A stretch of 64,000 bases of DNA from Verrucomicrobiaceae bacterium (GCA_043757005.1 JAYVQK010000121.1:2069-66068), one strand, 5' to 3'. Positions 45,262-54,342 are shown, counted from the first letter of the stretch. The notes: generated by a model from the sequence alone, not told the origin. Program-made: numbers and translations.

Positions 45262-45334
45262 AATACCCAAACGCATGGCTCCTCGCTGCATAGCCAGTCC
45301 CTGCACCGCACGCGGCACGAGAGGGGCGGGCTTT

Positions 45335-45568
45335 GAGTCCCGGAGGGACTGCCAGAAATTAGCCGGTCGGCGCAAGCCACCGGAATACGGGGAGAGGGAG
45401 GGGAGCCCCGGAGGGGCGTTGGAATCTCTGTCGGCCCTCCGGGGCTTGGTCGTGGTGAGGACGGTTCCGGTGGCTTACGCCACCGGCTAATTTCTGGCAG
45501 AGCCTCCGGCTCTCAAACGCCGCTTTGCACACTTGCCCGTCAAGCTCCCGCCCCTATCCTTTCTCTGC
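45335..45568. repeat. copy B of the repeat preceded by an inverted partial copy (nested palindrome)
   Basis: 45335..45385 is the imperfect reverse complement of 45465..45512. An inner perfect 12-bp stem pairs AGCCCCGGAGGG (45404..45415) with CCCTCCGGGGCT (45435..45446). The forward copy spans 45415..45568. Confidence 0.85.
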
Positions 45569-45949
45569 ATGAAGATAGAGGAATTGAAAGAAGCCGTATC
45601 GAAATACCAACGCCGCTCGCTGATTTCATTGAGTATCGTTATGGTCTGCTTTTTCGTGAACATGGCTATTGCATCCATCTACTCGGATGAAATTCGCCAT
45701 TTTTGCTTGGACACTTTGCATGTAGCTCCACAAGGAGCATGGATGGGGATTCTTGCAGCGGGCTTTTTATGTGGCCCGAGTGCCATCCTTCTCATTTTAG
45801 TTCTCTACCGTTTACAGCGGGGAATCCCTCGCGACTCTCGCCTTCATTGCCCGCATTGCGCTAACGACCTCACCTACTGCTCGGGCCTCGTCATCGCTAC
45901 ACGCAACTGCCCTCACTGCGGCAAGCGCGTGGTAGAGGAACCACTGTAA
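45569..45949 (+). CDS. small membrane protein with C-terminal zinc-ribbon (126 aa)
   Basis: Two hydrophobic segments (LISLSIVMVCFFVNMAIASIY and MGILAAGFLCGPSAILLILVLY). These are followed by CPHC-x17-CPHC. Confidence 0.5.
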   Translation: MKIEELKEAVSKYQRRSLISLSIVMVCFFVNMAIASIYSDEIRHFCLDTLHVAPQGAWMGILAAGFLCGPSAILLILVLYRLQRGIPRDSRLHCPHCANDLTYCSGLVIATRNCPHCGKRVVEEPL

Positions 45950-46189
45950 AAGCCCAGCTCCACTCACGCCCCTTTTGCACTCTTGCCCAGCAAGCACCGC
46001 CCCTTTTCTCGCAGGGGAAAGGGCACCCCCCGCTCCGCGACTCCGATATTGAAAACGGCACTTGCACGGCGCGCGGGGCGTGATGGAGTCTCGGGCATCA
46101 TTTTTTCCTGCACTGTGAATGTCCTTTTTTTTGCGCGCTCGCGTTCGTAGATACATCCTCCAGCGGTTCGACTTTCGTTTTTTATATCC

Positions 46190-47542
46190 ATGCACTCTAC
46201 GTCATTCGTTTCCACCCCGGAGCAGGAGAGTCCACCGCACGCGCCGCTCGCGCATCGTGAGCTGAGGAGGGATGAGTTTTGGCGGGCGATCCCGGCGTAT
46301 GCGGGGGTGGGGGCGGGGGAATTTGGGAACCACCAATGGCAGTCGCGCCATGCGGTGACGAATGTGCGGCAGCTCCGGGAGACGCTGCAAGGGCGGGTGC
46401 CGGAGTCGTTCTATGCAGACATCGAGGCGGCGCTAGCTCATGCGCCGATGGCGCTGCGCATCTCGCCGTATCTGCTGGCGCTGGTGGATTGGGAGGATCC
46501 TTTCGCCGACCCGATCCGCACGCAATTTATCCCCCTGCGCTCGCAGCAGCAGGCGGACCACCCGATGTTGCGGTTCGATTCGCTGAATGAGCGGGAGGAC
46601 TCGCCCGTGCCAGGGCTCACCCATCGCTACCCGGACAAGGCGCTCTTTTTACCCCAGCCGACGTGCCCGGTGTATTGCCGCTTCTGCACGCGGAGCTACG
46701 CGGTGGGGCTGGATACGGATTTGGTAGAAAAAATGAAGCTCTCGGCGGGGGCGGCGCGTTGGGAGGAGGCGTTCACTTACATCGCCAGCCAGCCGCAACT
46801 GGAGGACATCGTGATCTCCGGCGGGGACACGTATAATTTGAAGCCCGACCACATCGAGGCCATCGGTCGCCGCTTGCTGGAGATGCCAAATATCCGCCGC
46901 ATCCGCTACGCGACGAAAGGCCTCTGCGTGGTGCCGCAAAAGATCCTCACGGACGACGCTTGGCTGGATGCGCTGACGCGCGTGGTCGAGCTGGGGCGGC
47001 GCTTGCATAAGGATGTGGTGGTTCATTCGCACTTCAATCACGCCAATGAGATCACCGGCTTCACCGCCGATGCGCTCGGGCGCATGACGGAGCGGGGCAT
47101 CCACGTCCGCTGCCAGACGGTGCTTCAGCGCACGGTAAACGATACGCCCGCCGCGATGACGCTGCTCGTGCGGCGGCTGAGTTTCATCAACGTCCACCCC
47201 TACTACGTCTATGTCCACGACATGGTGCCCGGCGTGGAAGACCTGCGCACCCCGCTGCACACCGCGCAGGAAATCGAGCGCCATGTGCGCGGAGCGACGG
47301 CGGGATTTAATACGCCCGCCTTTGTCCTCGACGCGCCCGGTGGCGGAGGAAAGCGCGACGTGCATACGCCCGACGTGTATCGTCGCGAGACGGGCATCAG
47401 CGTCTTCAGCGCGCCGAGCGTGAAGGCAGGGAAACAATTCCTCTTTTTCGACCCCATCGCCTCGCTCGATGAAGAAGCCCGCTGGCGCTGGACGCAACCG
47501 ACCCAGCGGCGGGCGATGATAGATGAGGCGCTGGGGATTTAA
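46190..47542 (+). CDS. KamA-family radical SAM aminomutase (lysine 2,3-aminomutase-like)
   Basis: The CPVYCRFCTRS motif is the CxxxCxxC cluster in its KamA context. The length (450 aa) and the segment ISGGDTYNL fit the family. Confidence 0.8.
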   Translation: MHSTSFVSTPEQESPPHAPLAHRELRRDEFWRAIPAYAGVGAGEFGNHQWQSRHAVTNVRQLRETLQGRVPESFYADIEAALAHAPMALRISPYLLALVDWEDPFADPIRTQFIPLRSQQQADHPMLRFDSLNEREDSPVPGLTHRYPDKALFLPQPTCPVYCRFCTRSYAVGLDTDLVEKMKLSAGAARWEEAFTYIASQPQLEDIVISGGDTYNLKPDHIEAIGRRLLEMPNIRRIRYATKGLCVVPQKILTDDAWLDALTRVVELGRRLHKDVVVHSHFNHANEITGFTADALGRMTERGIHVRCQTVLQRTVNDTPAAMTLLVRRLSFINVHPYYVYVHDMVPGVEDLRTPLHTAQEIERHVRGATAGFNTPAFVLDAPGGGGKRDVHTPDVYRRETGISVFSAPSVKAGKQFLFFDPIASLDEEARWRWTQPTQRRAMIDEALGI

Positions 47543-47629
47543 GGGCATTTTCGAGAACTCGCCTTCAGAAGCCCCTCAACTCACCCCAGCTCGGGCAGTG
47601 GTATCGTTTGGAGAAGGGGCGACAAGCCT

Positions 47630-47707
47630 CCCGTTAATCCTACGAATCCCGATAATCCTGTCTCTCTTTTGAAGACAGGATTCCACGGGATTCGTAGGAT
47701 TAACGGG
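47630..47707. repeat. long REP-like hairpin downstream of the KamA-family gene
   Basis: CCCGTTAATCCTACGAATCCCG (47630..47651) is the exact reverse complement of 47686..47707. An inner stem pairs AATCCTGTCT with AGACAGGATT. Confidence 0.85.
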
Positions 47708-47748
47708 ATGAAGCAGCGCGGCCTTTCCTCAGAGCACCGCCACTTTCT

Positions 47749-47976
47749 TTAGCCTAAAAGCGCCGTCCATTCCTCCTCCGGCGCTAAAGTGGCACCCAAA
47801 TCATGCGGCTCTGGTAGAGTCCAAGTCTCCGCTCGGTCTCGCCCGGGCGGGTGATGGCGAATGACTTCCTCCAGTCCCTTTCTCACGACTTCGGCAAAGC
47901 TCATCTTATTTTCTGCTGCCAATCTTTTGGCCTCACGGAAAAGGAAATCTGGGAGTTGGATCTGCGTTTTAACCAT
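47749..47976 (-). CDS. ribbon-helix-helix (CopG/VapB-like) antitoxin-type protein, no partner toxin nearby
   Basis: MVKTQIQLPDFLFREAKRLAAENKMSFAEVVRKGLEEV is a typical RHH N-terminus. 75 aa starting from ATG 47976. Confidence 0.6.
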   Translation of the reverse strand: MVKTQIQLPDFLFREAKRLAAENKMSFAEVVRKGLEEVIRHHPPGRDRAETWTLPEPHDLGATLAPEEEWTALLG

Positions 47977-48005
47977 GCGGCAATCTGGCAATCAGACACG
48001 GGATG

Positions 48006-49112
48006 TCAACCCGCCGCCGGCTCGTCGTCTTTCGCCAGTGCTTTCGAGGGATCGGGCGGTGGAAGCTGGTGCAGCTTGGTGCGGATGATGTCCGCACGCA
48101 GGGTGTCGCGCTCTTCGGCTTGCAGCTTTTGCGAAGTGCTCTTTTGCAAATGCGCGGGCTGCGTTTCCATAAAGAGTTCGTCGCACAGCACGCGCGTATC
48201 TTCTGGGAAAAAGTGGAGGTCTGCGCCGAGCTTGAGATAGCTCAGGAGATTCAGCGCCTCTTTGCTCGCCATGCTGTGCGCGTGGCTGAGGATGCCGTAG
48301 GCGCGACCGATATTATCCAGCAGGGTGACGGGCTTTTTCTGGAGCAAGGACTGACGCGCGTTTTGCTCATGATGGATGAGCTGCTCGATGACTTTGTTGA
48401 GGCGCGAAATGATCTCGTCCTCGCGCTCGCCGAGCGTTGTTTGGTTGGAGATTTGGAAGAGGTTCCCCATCGCCTCCGTGCCCTCGCCATACAGCCCGCG
48501 CACGGCGAGACCGACTTTATTCACGGCCTGGATGATCTGGTTGATCTGCTCGCTGAGGACGAGCGCGGGCAGGTGCATCATCGCGCTCGCGCGCATCCCG
48601 GTGCCGACATTCGTGGGGCAAGCGGTGAGGAAGCCGAGCCGCGCGTGGTAGGCAAAGTCCAGCTTCTCGCCGAGCTCCGTGTCCACTTTATCAATGAGCT
48701 TGAACGCGCTCTTGAGCTGGAGCCCGCTGCGAATCGCCTGCATCCGCAGATGATCCTCCTCGTTCACCATAATCGAGAGGGTCTGCTTTTTATTCAGCAC
48801 CACCGCCGAGCCGATGCCTTTGGCCGCGTGCTCGCGGGAAATGAGATGCCGCTCCACGAGCACCTGCTTTTCCAGCGCGCTGAGATCTTGCGAGAAGACC
48901 GAGTGCGCATCCGCCATCTCCGGCAGCGCCTCGACTTGGGGCTTGATGCAATCGAGCACCGAGATGCGATCCGCCTTTTTCGCCCAGCCGGGGAAGGGGA
49001 AGTTGCGCAGATTGCGAGCGAGCCGGATGCGGCTGCTGACGACGATGTGGCTCTGTGGCCCGTCGCCACGGAGCCATTCACCGGAAGTCGCGAGGATGTC
49101 GTGGATTGCCAT
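48006..49112 (-). CDS. mcsB: protein arginine kinase McsB (ATP:guanido phosphotransferase)
   Basis: VVSSRIRLARNLRNFPFP, GFLTACPTNVGTGMRASAMMHLPAL and RGLYGEGTEAMGNLFQISNQ are guanidino-kinase motifs. Confidence 0.85.
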   Translation of the reverse strand: MAIHDILATSGEWLRGDGPQSHIVVSSRIRLARNLRNFPFPGWAKKADRISVLDCIKPQVEALPEMADAHSVFSQDLSALEKQVLVERHLISREHAAKGIGSAVVLNKKQTLSIMVNEEDHLRMQAIRSGLQLKSAFKLIDKVDTELGEKLDFAYHARLGFLTACPTNVGTGMRASAMMHLPALVLSEQINQIIQAVNKVGLAVRGLYGEGTEAMGNLFQISNQTTLGEREDEIISRLNKVIEQLIHHEQNARQSLLQKKPVTLLDNIGRAYGILSHAHSMASKEALNLLSYLKLGADLHFFPEDTRVLCDELFMETQPAHLQKSTSQKLQAEERDTLRADIIRTKLHQLPPPDPSKALAKDDEPAAG

Positions 49113-49118
49113 AAGAAA

Positions 49119-49610
49119 TTAAACGGCAGTTCCCGCTTCCATCTGTTTGAGCCGGTCGCGCAGCTCGGCAGCCGCCTCGTATTGCTCCTCCGAGATCGCT
49201 TTGCGGAGGTCGCTCTGGAGCGCCTTCATCTCCTCCTCGCGCAGCTTCGCCTTCAGCAAACGCGCGGGCACTTTGCCTTTGTGCTCGGTGTCCTTGTGCA
49301 TGTTCTTGAGCATGGATTCCAGCCCATCCGCGAATACGTCGTAGCAATTCGAGCAGCCAAAGCGCCCCGTCTTTTTGAAGTCCGCCTGGCTAAATCCACA
49401 GACCGAGCAGCGCACGCCGCTGTTGCTCTTTTCCATCTCCTCGGAAGCCCCAAGGCCGAGCAGCAAGTCCGCGAGCGCAAAGCCCGTGGGGTCGGTCACG
49501 CCTTTCTCTTTCGAGCAGGCTTCGCAGAGATTCACCTTCTGCATCTTGCCGTCCACGATCTGCGTGAGGAAGACCGTCGCGGTTTTTTGCTTACAGGCGT
49601 CGCAGTTCAT
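49119..49610 (-). CDS. mcsA: McsA-like activator (zinc-finger pairs plus UVR motif)
   Basis: CDACKQK...CEAC, CSVCG...CSNCY and the UVR-like EEQYEAAAELRDRL. It lies immediately upstream of mcsB. Confidence 0.8.
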   Translation of the reverse strand: MNCDACKQKTATVFLTQIVDGKMQKVNLCEACSKEKGVTDPTGFALADLLLGLGASEEMEKSNSGVRCSVCGFSQADFKKTGRFGCSNCYDVFADGLESMLKNMHKDTEHKGKVPARLLKAKLREEEMKALQSDLRKAISEEQYEAAAELRDRLKQMEAGTAV

Positions 49611-49622
49611 GGCGTCGAGAGT

Positions 49623-50507
49623 TTAGAGATAGACGGGCGTGCCCGTCGTCTGCGTGATTTCGCGGAAACGCTTGATGATCTGCTGCGTGATCGGGCCGGG
49701 TTTGCCGTCGCCGATGATGCGCTGGTCGAGCTTCACCGCCGCGATGACCTCCGCCGCCGTGCCCGTGAGGAAACATTCGTCCGCCGTGAAAAGATCGTGC
49801 CGCGTCATCTCATGCTCGCACATCGGGATGCCGAGCATCGCCGCGATTTCAAACACCACGCGCCGCGTGATCCCATCCAGCGCGCCAGCACTCAGCGGCG
49901 GCGTGGTGATCTTCCCATCGCGCACGGCATACACGTTATCGCCGGTGCATTCCGCCACGAGTCCTTGGTCATTCAGCATCAGCCCCTCTTCCGCGCCCGC
50001 TTGGATCGCCTCCACTTTGGCCATCACGTTATTGAGGTAATTGAGCGACTTCACCGAGGGCGGCAGGATGTCGTGGCGCGGGCGGCGCGTCGCCACCGTG
50101 GCCAGCGTGAGTCCCGTCTCGTAAGCACTCTCGGGGTAAAGCTGGATGCTCGCAGCGATGATGAAGACTGACGCCTTTGGGCATTTGTAAGGCGAAAGCC
50201 CCATCGGCCCTACGCCGCGCGTGACCACCGTGCGGATGTAGCCGTCTTGCAATCCATTTGCCCGCACCGTCGCCAGCGTCGCTTGGATCAGCTCCTCCGG
50301 TGTCATCGGGATTTTCAGCAAAATGCTCTTCGCGCTGTCGTAGATGCGCCGCGTGTGCTCCTCCAAGCGAAAGACGCGCCCATTATAAAAGCGGATACCC
50401 TCAAAGACGCCGTCGCCATAGAGCAAGCCGTGATCGAAAACAGAGATCTTGGCCTGGGATTCAGGAACAATGTGGCCGTCGAGATAGATGAGCAGTTCTT
50501 TGGACAT
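49623..50507 (-). CDS. ilvE: branched-chain amino acid aminotransferase (class IV)
   Basis: ISVFDHGLLYGDGVFEGIRFYNGRVFRLEEHTRRIYDSAK and LNYLNNVMAK are class IV PLP aminotransferase motifs. Confidence 0.85.
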   Translation of the reverse strand: MSKELLIYLDGHIVPESQAKISVFDHGLLYGDGVFEGIRFYNGRVFRLEEHTRRIYDSAKSILLKIPMTPEELIQATLATVRANGLQDGYIRTVVTRGVGPMGLSPYKCPKASVFIIAASIQLYPESAYETGLTLATVATRRPRHDILPPSVKSLNYLNNVMAKVEAIQAGAEEGLMLNDQGLVAECTGDNVYAVRDGKITTPPLSAGALDGITRRVVFEIAAMLGIPMCEHEMTRHDLFTADECFLTGTAAEVIAAVKLDQRIIGDGKPGPITQQIIKRFREITQTTGTPVYL

Positions 50508-50594
50508 TATTGAAAGCGCACACGGTGGCAGCGTTGTCAGATGATTTCAAGCGGCGCGATGGCAATTCAGCAAAGCGCATCCTCCGCAACGATG

Positions 50595-52214
50595 CTATCG
50601 CGCCTGTTTGCGGCGGGAGAGTTTGCGATGGATGGCGTTGAGGACGTCGTTCATTTCGCGCAATTTCAGGAGGGAGGCGGTGGCGCAAAAGGCGGTGAGG
50701 GCGAGGGCGATGGTGAGGGCGAGCGCGAGGGCTCGGAGGGGGAAGGCCATGTCGGGCCAACGTGCTAGCAGCAGCCATTGGCAGCCCCAGCAGACGAGGG
50801 CGAGGGCGTCGCTGGCGAGGAAGACTTTGGCGAGGACGACGAGTAGCTTTTTCGTCTGAAGCTGCACGATTTCTTTCCGCATGAACCAATAGAGGAGGCA
50901 GAAATTTGTGAGGGCGACGCAGCCGGTGCTGAGGGCGAGGCCGCGGTGGCCGTAGCCCCAGCGGGTGAAGAGCGAGTTCAGGCCGTAGTTCATGCCGATG
51001 GCGAGGAAGCTAATCATCATGGGCGTTTTGCGTTTGCCGATGGCGTAGAAGGCGGGGGCGAGCACTTTCATGCCGGCGTAAGCGGCGAGGCCGATGGCGT
51101 AGTAGCGCAGGGCGGCGGCGCTTTGCACGATGTCATTGGGCACGACTTTCCCATGCTCGTAGATGATGCTGAGGATGGGGTCGGCGAGCATCCATAGGCC
51201 GACGCTGGCGGGCACGGTGAGGAAGAAGACGAGGCGGATCCCGCGTGCGAGTGCGTTGCGGAAATCCTCGCGTTGGCCGAGCGCAGCACTGCGCGCGAGG
51301 AGGGGTAGGGTGACGGTGCCGATGGCGACGCCAAAGACGCCGAGGGGGAGCTGCATGATGCGGAAAGCATTGCTGAGCCAGGAGACAGATGCGTCGCCGT
51401 AGTCGGTGGCGAAGCTGGTGTTGACCATCACATTTACCTGCACGGCGCTGGCAGCTACGACGGCGGGGGCCATGGTGCGGAGCACTTCGCCGACGCCGGA
51501 GTCGCGCCACGAGAAGTCCCAGCGTGGGCGGTAGCCGAGGCGCAGGAGTGAGGGGAGCTGCACGGCGAGCTGGAGGAAGCCGCCGATGAGCGTGCCCCAC
51601 GCGAGGCCGAAGAGTGCGTGCGCGCCAAAGCCGCGATCCATCCACCACGCGAGGGTGATGCCGCCTGCGACGCTGCCGATATTAAAGAAAGAGGAGGCCA
51701 TGGCGGGCCAGCCGAAGACGTGTTTGGCATTCAGCATCCCCATGACTTGTGCGGAGACGGAGAGCAGGAGGATGAAAGGAAACATCACCGTGGTGAGTTG
51801 CGCGGTGAGTGCGGCGTCGCCACCGGGCCAGCCGCTTTGATTTTGCCCCACAAAGCCGCTCGCGAGCACACCGATGAGCATGGGCGCGCAGAGCATCCCC
51901 ACGAGGGTGATGACGCCCATGACGCAGATGGTGAGCGTGCCGACGCGGTTCGCCAGCCGCCACGCGGCGGGCTCGCCTTCGGTGGCGATTTTTTTGGAAA
52001 AGACGGTGATGAAAGCGGTGGAGAGCGCGCCCTCGGCGAAGAGGTCGCGGAGGAGATTCGGCACGCGGAAGGCGGTGAGGAAAAACTTGAGGACGTTGGT
52101 GCCGAAGAGCGCGTTAAAAAGAATCTCGCGCACGAGCCCGAGCAGGCGCGAGCACATCACGGCGATGCCGACGATGGCCGTCGCTCGGCCTGTGCGTAGA
52201 GGCGTCTCAGCCAT
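50595..52214 (-). CDS. murJ: lipid II flippase MurJ (MviN)
   Basis: CSRLLGLVREILFNALFGT...DLFAEGALSTAFITVFS, about 14 TM segments, 539 aa. Confidence 0.85.
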   Translation of the reverse strand: MAETPLRTGRATAIVGIAVMCSRLLGLVREILFNALFGTNVLKFFLTAFRVPNLLRDLFAEGALSTAFITVFSKKIATEGEPAAWRLANRVGTLTICVMGVITLVGMLCAPMLIGVLASGFVGQNQSGWPGGDAALTAQLTTVMFPFILLLSVSAQVMGMLNAKHVFGWPAMASSFFNIGSVAGGITLAWWMDRGFGAHALFGLAWGTLIGGFLQLAVQLPSLLRLGYRPRWDFSWRDSGVGEVLRTMAPAVVAASAVQVNVMVNTSFATDYGDASVSWLSNAFRIMQLPLGVFGVAIGTVTLPLLARSAALGQREDFRNALARGIRLVFFLTVPASVGLWMLADPILSIIYEHGKVVPNDIVQSAAALRYYAIGLAAYAGMKVLAPAFYAIGKRKTPMMISFLAIGMNYGLNSLFTRWGYGHRGLALSTGCVALTNFCLLYWFMRKEIVQLQTKKLLVVLAKVFLASDALALVCWGCQWLLLARWPDMAFPLRALALALTIALALTAFCATASLLKLREMNDVLNAIHRKLSRRKQAR

Positions 52215-53196
52215 TGCCAGCAGCCTTTTGCAGGCGATCCATGATCGCTGCGCCGAGGCCCATCTCGGGCAGCGACTCGGCGAGGATGAGGTCGAGATTC
52301 ATGCTGTCGAGGATACGCATTTTCGCGAAAAGATTCGCTGCCGCCTCGCGCAGATCACCCATCTCGCTGAGCACTTCCACATGGTAAAAGCCGCCTCCCG
52401 TTTGCTCGCAGAGTGAGAGTAGCCCGACCTTGCCGCGACCCGCCGCCGTGGGCGTGGCTCCGTGCGGGAGGAGCTGGAAAGGTGTGGCGGGCGCGTAGTG
52501 GCTCTTGAGCTGGCCGGGCACCGTGGGCCTCGGGCCGTGCGAGGTGCTGGCGACATCGGCGTAGCGGCCCAGCTCTTCGGCGGTGATGGGGCCATTGCGC
52601 AAAATCCACAGCCGATTTTCGCGCACGGTGACGATGGTGCTTTCCACGCCGTGCCGCGTCGCGCCGCCATCCACGATGAGCGGGATGCGGCCATTCAGCT
52701 CGTCATAGACGTGCTGCGCGGTGGTGGGGCTGATGCGGCCAAAGCGGTTTGCGCTCGGCGCGGCGAGCGGCTTCCCGAAGGCTTCGATGATGTGTGCGAA
52801 AATGGGGTGTGCGCTCATTCGCACTGCGATGGTGGGCAGGCCCGCCGCCGCGAGATCGGGCACTACGGGCTTGCGTGGGAGCACGATGGTGAGCGGGCCG
52901 GGCCAAAATTGCTTCACGAGTTTATCCACGAGGCGGCGGTCGCCAGCGGGGATCGCGCAGAGATTATCTAGCCACTCCAGCGTGGGCAGGTGGACGATGA
53001 GGGGATCGAAAAGCGGGCGCTCTTTGCTTTGAAAGATGCGTGTGAGCGAAGTCGTATCCAGCGCCCAAGCCGCGAGGCCGTAGACGGTCTCCGTGGGCAG
53101 TGCCACGGGGAAGCCGCCGGAGAGCAGATAGACGGCAGCCTCGGCGGCGTCCTCGAGTTCATTGCGAGTCTGCGCGTGAGCGATGTGGGTCTTCAT
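52207..53196 (-). CDS. tsaC: L-threonylcarbamoyladenylate synthase, Sua5-type (YrdC plus Sua5 domains)
   Basis: VALPTETVYGLAA, RIFQSKERPLFDPLIVH and SAPSANRFGRISPT. The 329-aa length implies the C-terminal Sua5 domain. Confidence 0.85.
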   Translation of the reverse strand: MKTHIAHAQTRNELEDAAEAAVYLLSGGFPVALPTETVYGLAAWALDTTSLTRIFQSKERPLFDPLIVHLPTLEWLDNLCAIPAGDRRLVDKLVKQFWPGPLTIVLPRKPVVPDLAAAGLPTIAVRMSAHPIFAHIIEAFGKPLAAPSANRFGRISPTTAQHVYDELNGRIPLIVDGGATRHGVESTIVTVRENRLWILRNGPITAEELGRYADVASTSHGPRPTVPGQLKSHYAPATPFQLLPHGATPTAAGRGKVGLLSLCEQTGGGFYHVEVLSEMGDLREAAANLFAKMRILDSMNLDLILAESLPEMGLGAAIMDRLQKAAGNG

Positions 53197-53199
53197 GCT

Positions 53200-54342
53200 T
53201 TAGGAATGGAGCGCCGCTCGTGCCGCTCGCACTGCTGCGGCGGCCTCCTCCACCGTGCTTGCGAGCGCGGTGAGGTGGCCCATTTTCCGCCCCGGCTTTG
53301 GCTCGGCTTTGCCGTAAAGGTGGAGCTTCACGCCGGGCAGTGCGAGGGCGGCGGGCCAGTTGGGTTCGCCGTCGGCCCATTCGTCGCCGAGGAGATTCGC
53401 CATTGCGGCGGGGCGCAGGCTTTCCGTGCTATCGAGCGGGAGCCCGCAGATGGCGCGCACTTGCTGCTCAAATTGCGAAGTAAGGCTGGCGTCGAAAGTC
53501 GCGTGCCCGCTGTTGTGCGGGCGCGGGGCGAGTTCGTTGATGATGATTTCCCCGCTCGCTAAAAGGAACAGCTCCACGGCCAGCACGCCCACGAGATCGA
53601 GCGACACGGCCACGCGCTCGGCCAGCGTGCGTGCGGCTTCGGCGACGGCGGCGGGGATGCGCGCGGGGCAGAGCGTCACGTCGAGGATGTGGTTGGCGTG
53701 CTCGTTTTCACACACGGGCCAAGTGGCGATGGAGCCATCCAGCCCGCGCGCGACGAGCACGGAAATCTCGCGCTCGAAGGTGATGAATTTTTCTAAAACA
53801 GCAGGCTGTCCATCGAAGGGCTGCCACGCCGCCGCGAGGTCGTCGCCCGGCTGGAGCTTGCGCTGGCCCTTGCCGTCGTAGCCAAAAGCGGCGGTCTTTA
53901 GCACGCCCGGCAGACCGATCTCGGCGGCAGCGGCGACCAGCTCTGCGGCGCTCTCGATTTTCCGAAACGGCGCGACGGGCAGCCCCGCAGCGGCGAGGAA
54001 TTCCTTTTCCCGCAACCGATGTTGGCAGGTGTGCAGCACGCGCCCGCTGGGCCGCACGGCGCAATGCTCGGTGGCCCAGCCGATGGTGCGGGAGGGGACG
54101 TTTTCAAACTCAAAAGTGAGCACTGAGATGCCGCGCGCAAAGTCGCGCACGGCGGCTTCGTCGTCGTAGCTGGCGACGACTTCGTGGTCGGCGACTTGGC
54201 CCGTGGGTGTATCGCTTTCCGGTGAGAAAGTATGCACACGGTAGCCCATGCGCCGCGCTGCGAGCGCAAACATCCGCCCGAGCTGGCCACTCCCCATCAC
54301 GCCCAAAGTCGCGCCGGGCAAAATCACTTTTCGATCCATCAT
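53200..54342 (-). CDS. purK: 5-(carboxyamino)imidazole ribonucleotide synthase
   Basis: [24 protein letters not shown] plus an ATP-grasp body. 4-nt overlap with purE. Confidence 0.85.
   Translation of the reverse strand: MMDRKVILPGATLGVMGSGQLGRMFALAARRMGYRVHTFSPESDTPTGQVADHEVVASYDDEAAVRDFARGISVLTFEFENVPSRTIGWATEHCAVRPSGRVLHTCQHRLREKEFLAAAGLPVAPFRKIESAAELVAAAAEIGLPGVLKTAAFGYDGKGQRKLQPGDDLAAAWQPFDGQPAVLEKFITFEREISVLVARGLDGSIATWPVCENEHANHILDVTLCPARIPAAVAEAARTLAERVAVSLDLVGVLAVELFLLASGEIIINELAPRPHNSGHATFDASLTSQFEQQVRAICGLPLDSTESLRPAAMANLLGDEWADGEPNWPAALALPGVKLHLYGKAEPKPGRKMGHLTALASTVEEAAAAVRAARAALHS

Noticed and set aside
44764-45568. Integron cassette array (attC sites between small promoterless ORFs)
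   Set aside because: I could not find integrase or attI, or the R''/R' core sites (RYYYAAC/GTTRRRY). The repeat lies upstream of the ORFs and looks promoter-bearing, which is opposite to attC logic.
46057-46066. GGCAC/TTGCA as a sigma-54 promoter upstream of the KamA-family gene
   Set aside because: The GG and GC elements are directly adjacent rather than spaced as in TGGCAC-N5-TTGC, so the geometry is wrong.
46155-46175. GGTTCGA string as a tRNA T-arm
   Set aside because: No complementary T-stem, acceptor stem or anticodon arm can be drawn around it.
45950-46189. Lysine (L-box) riboswitch upstream of the lysine aminomutase-like gene
   Set aside because: I could not find any of the conserved L-box blocks that I remember (AGAGGNGC, GTCGCCGAAG, CTGTCA). 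Only T-runs and weak stems are present.
48003-50171. 722-aa plus-strand ORF spanning mcsB, mcsA and part of ilvE in antisense
   Set aside because: It is Arg/Leu/His/Glu-rich with no recognisable motif. It lies exactly opposite three genes with strong family signatures. This is a typical shadow ORF of GC-rich DNA.
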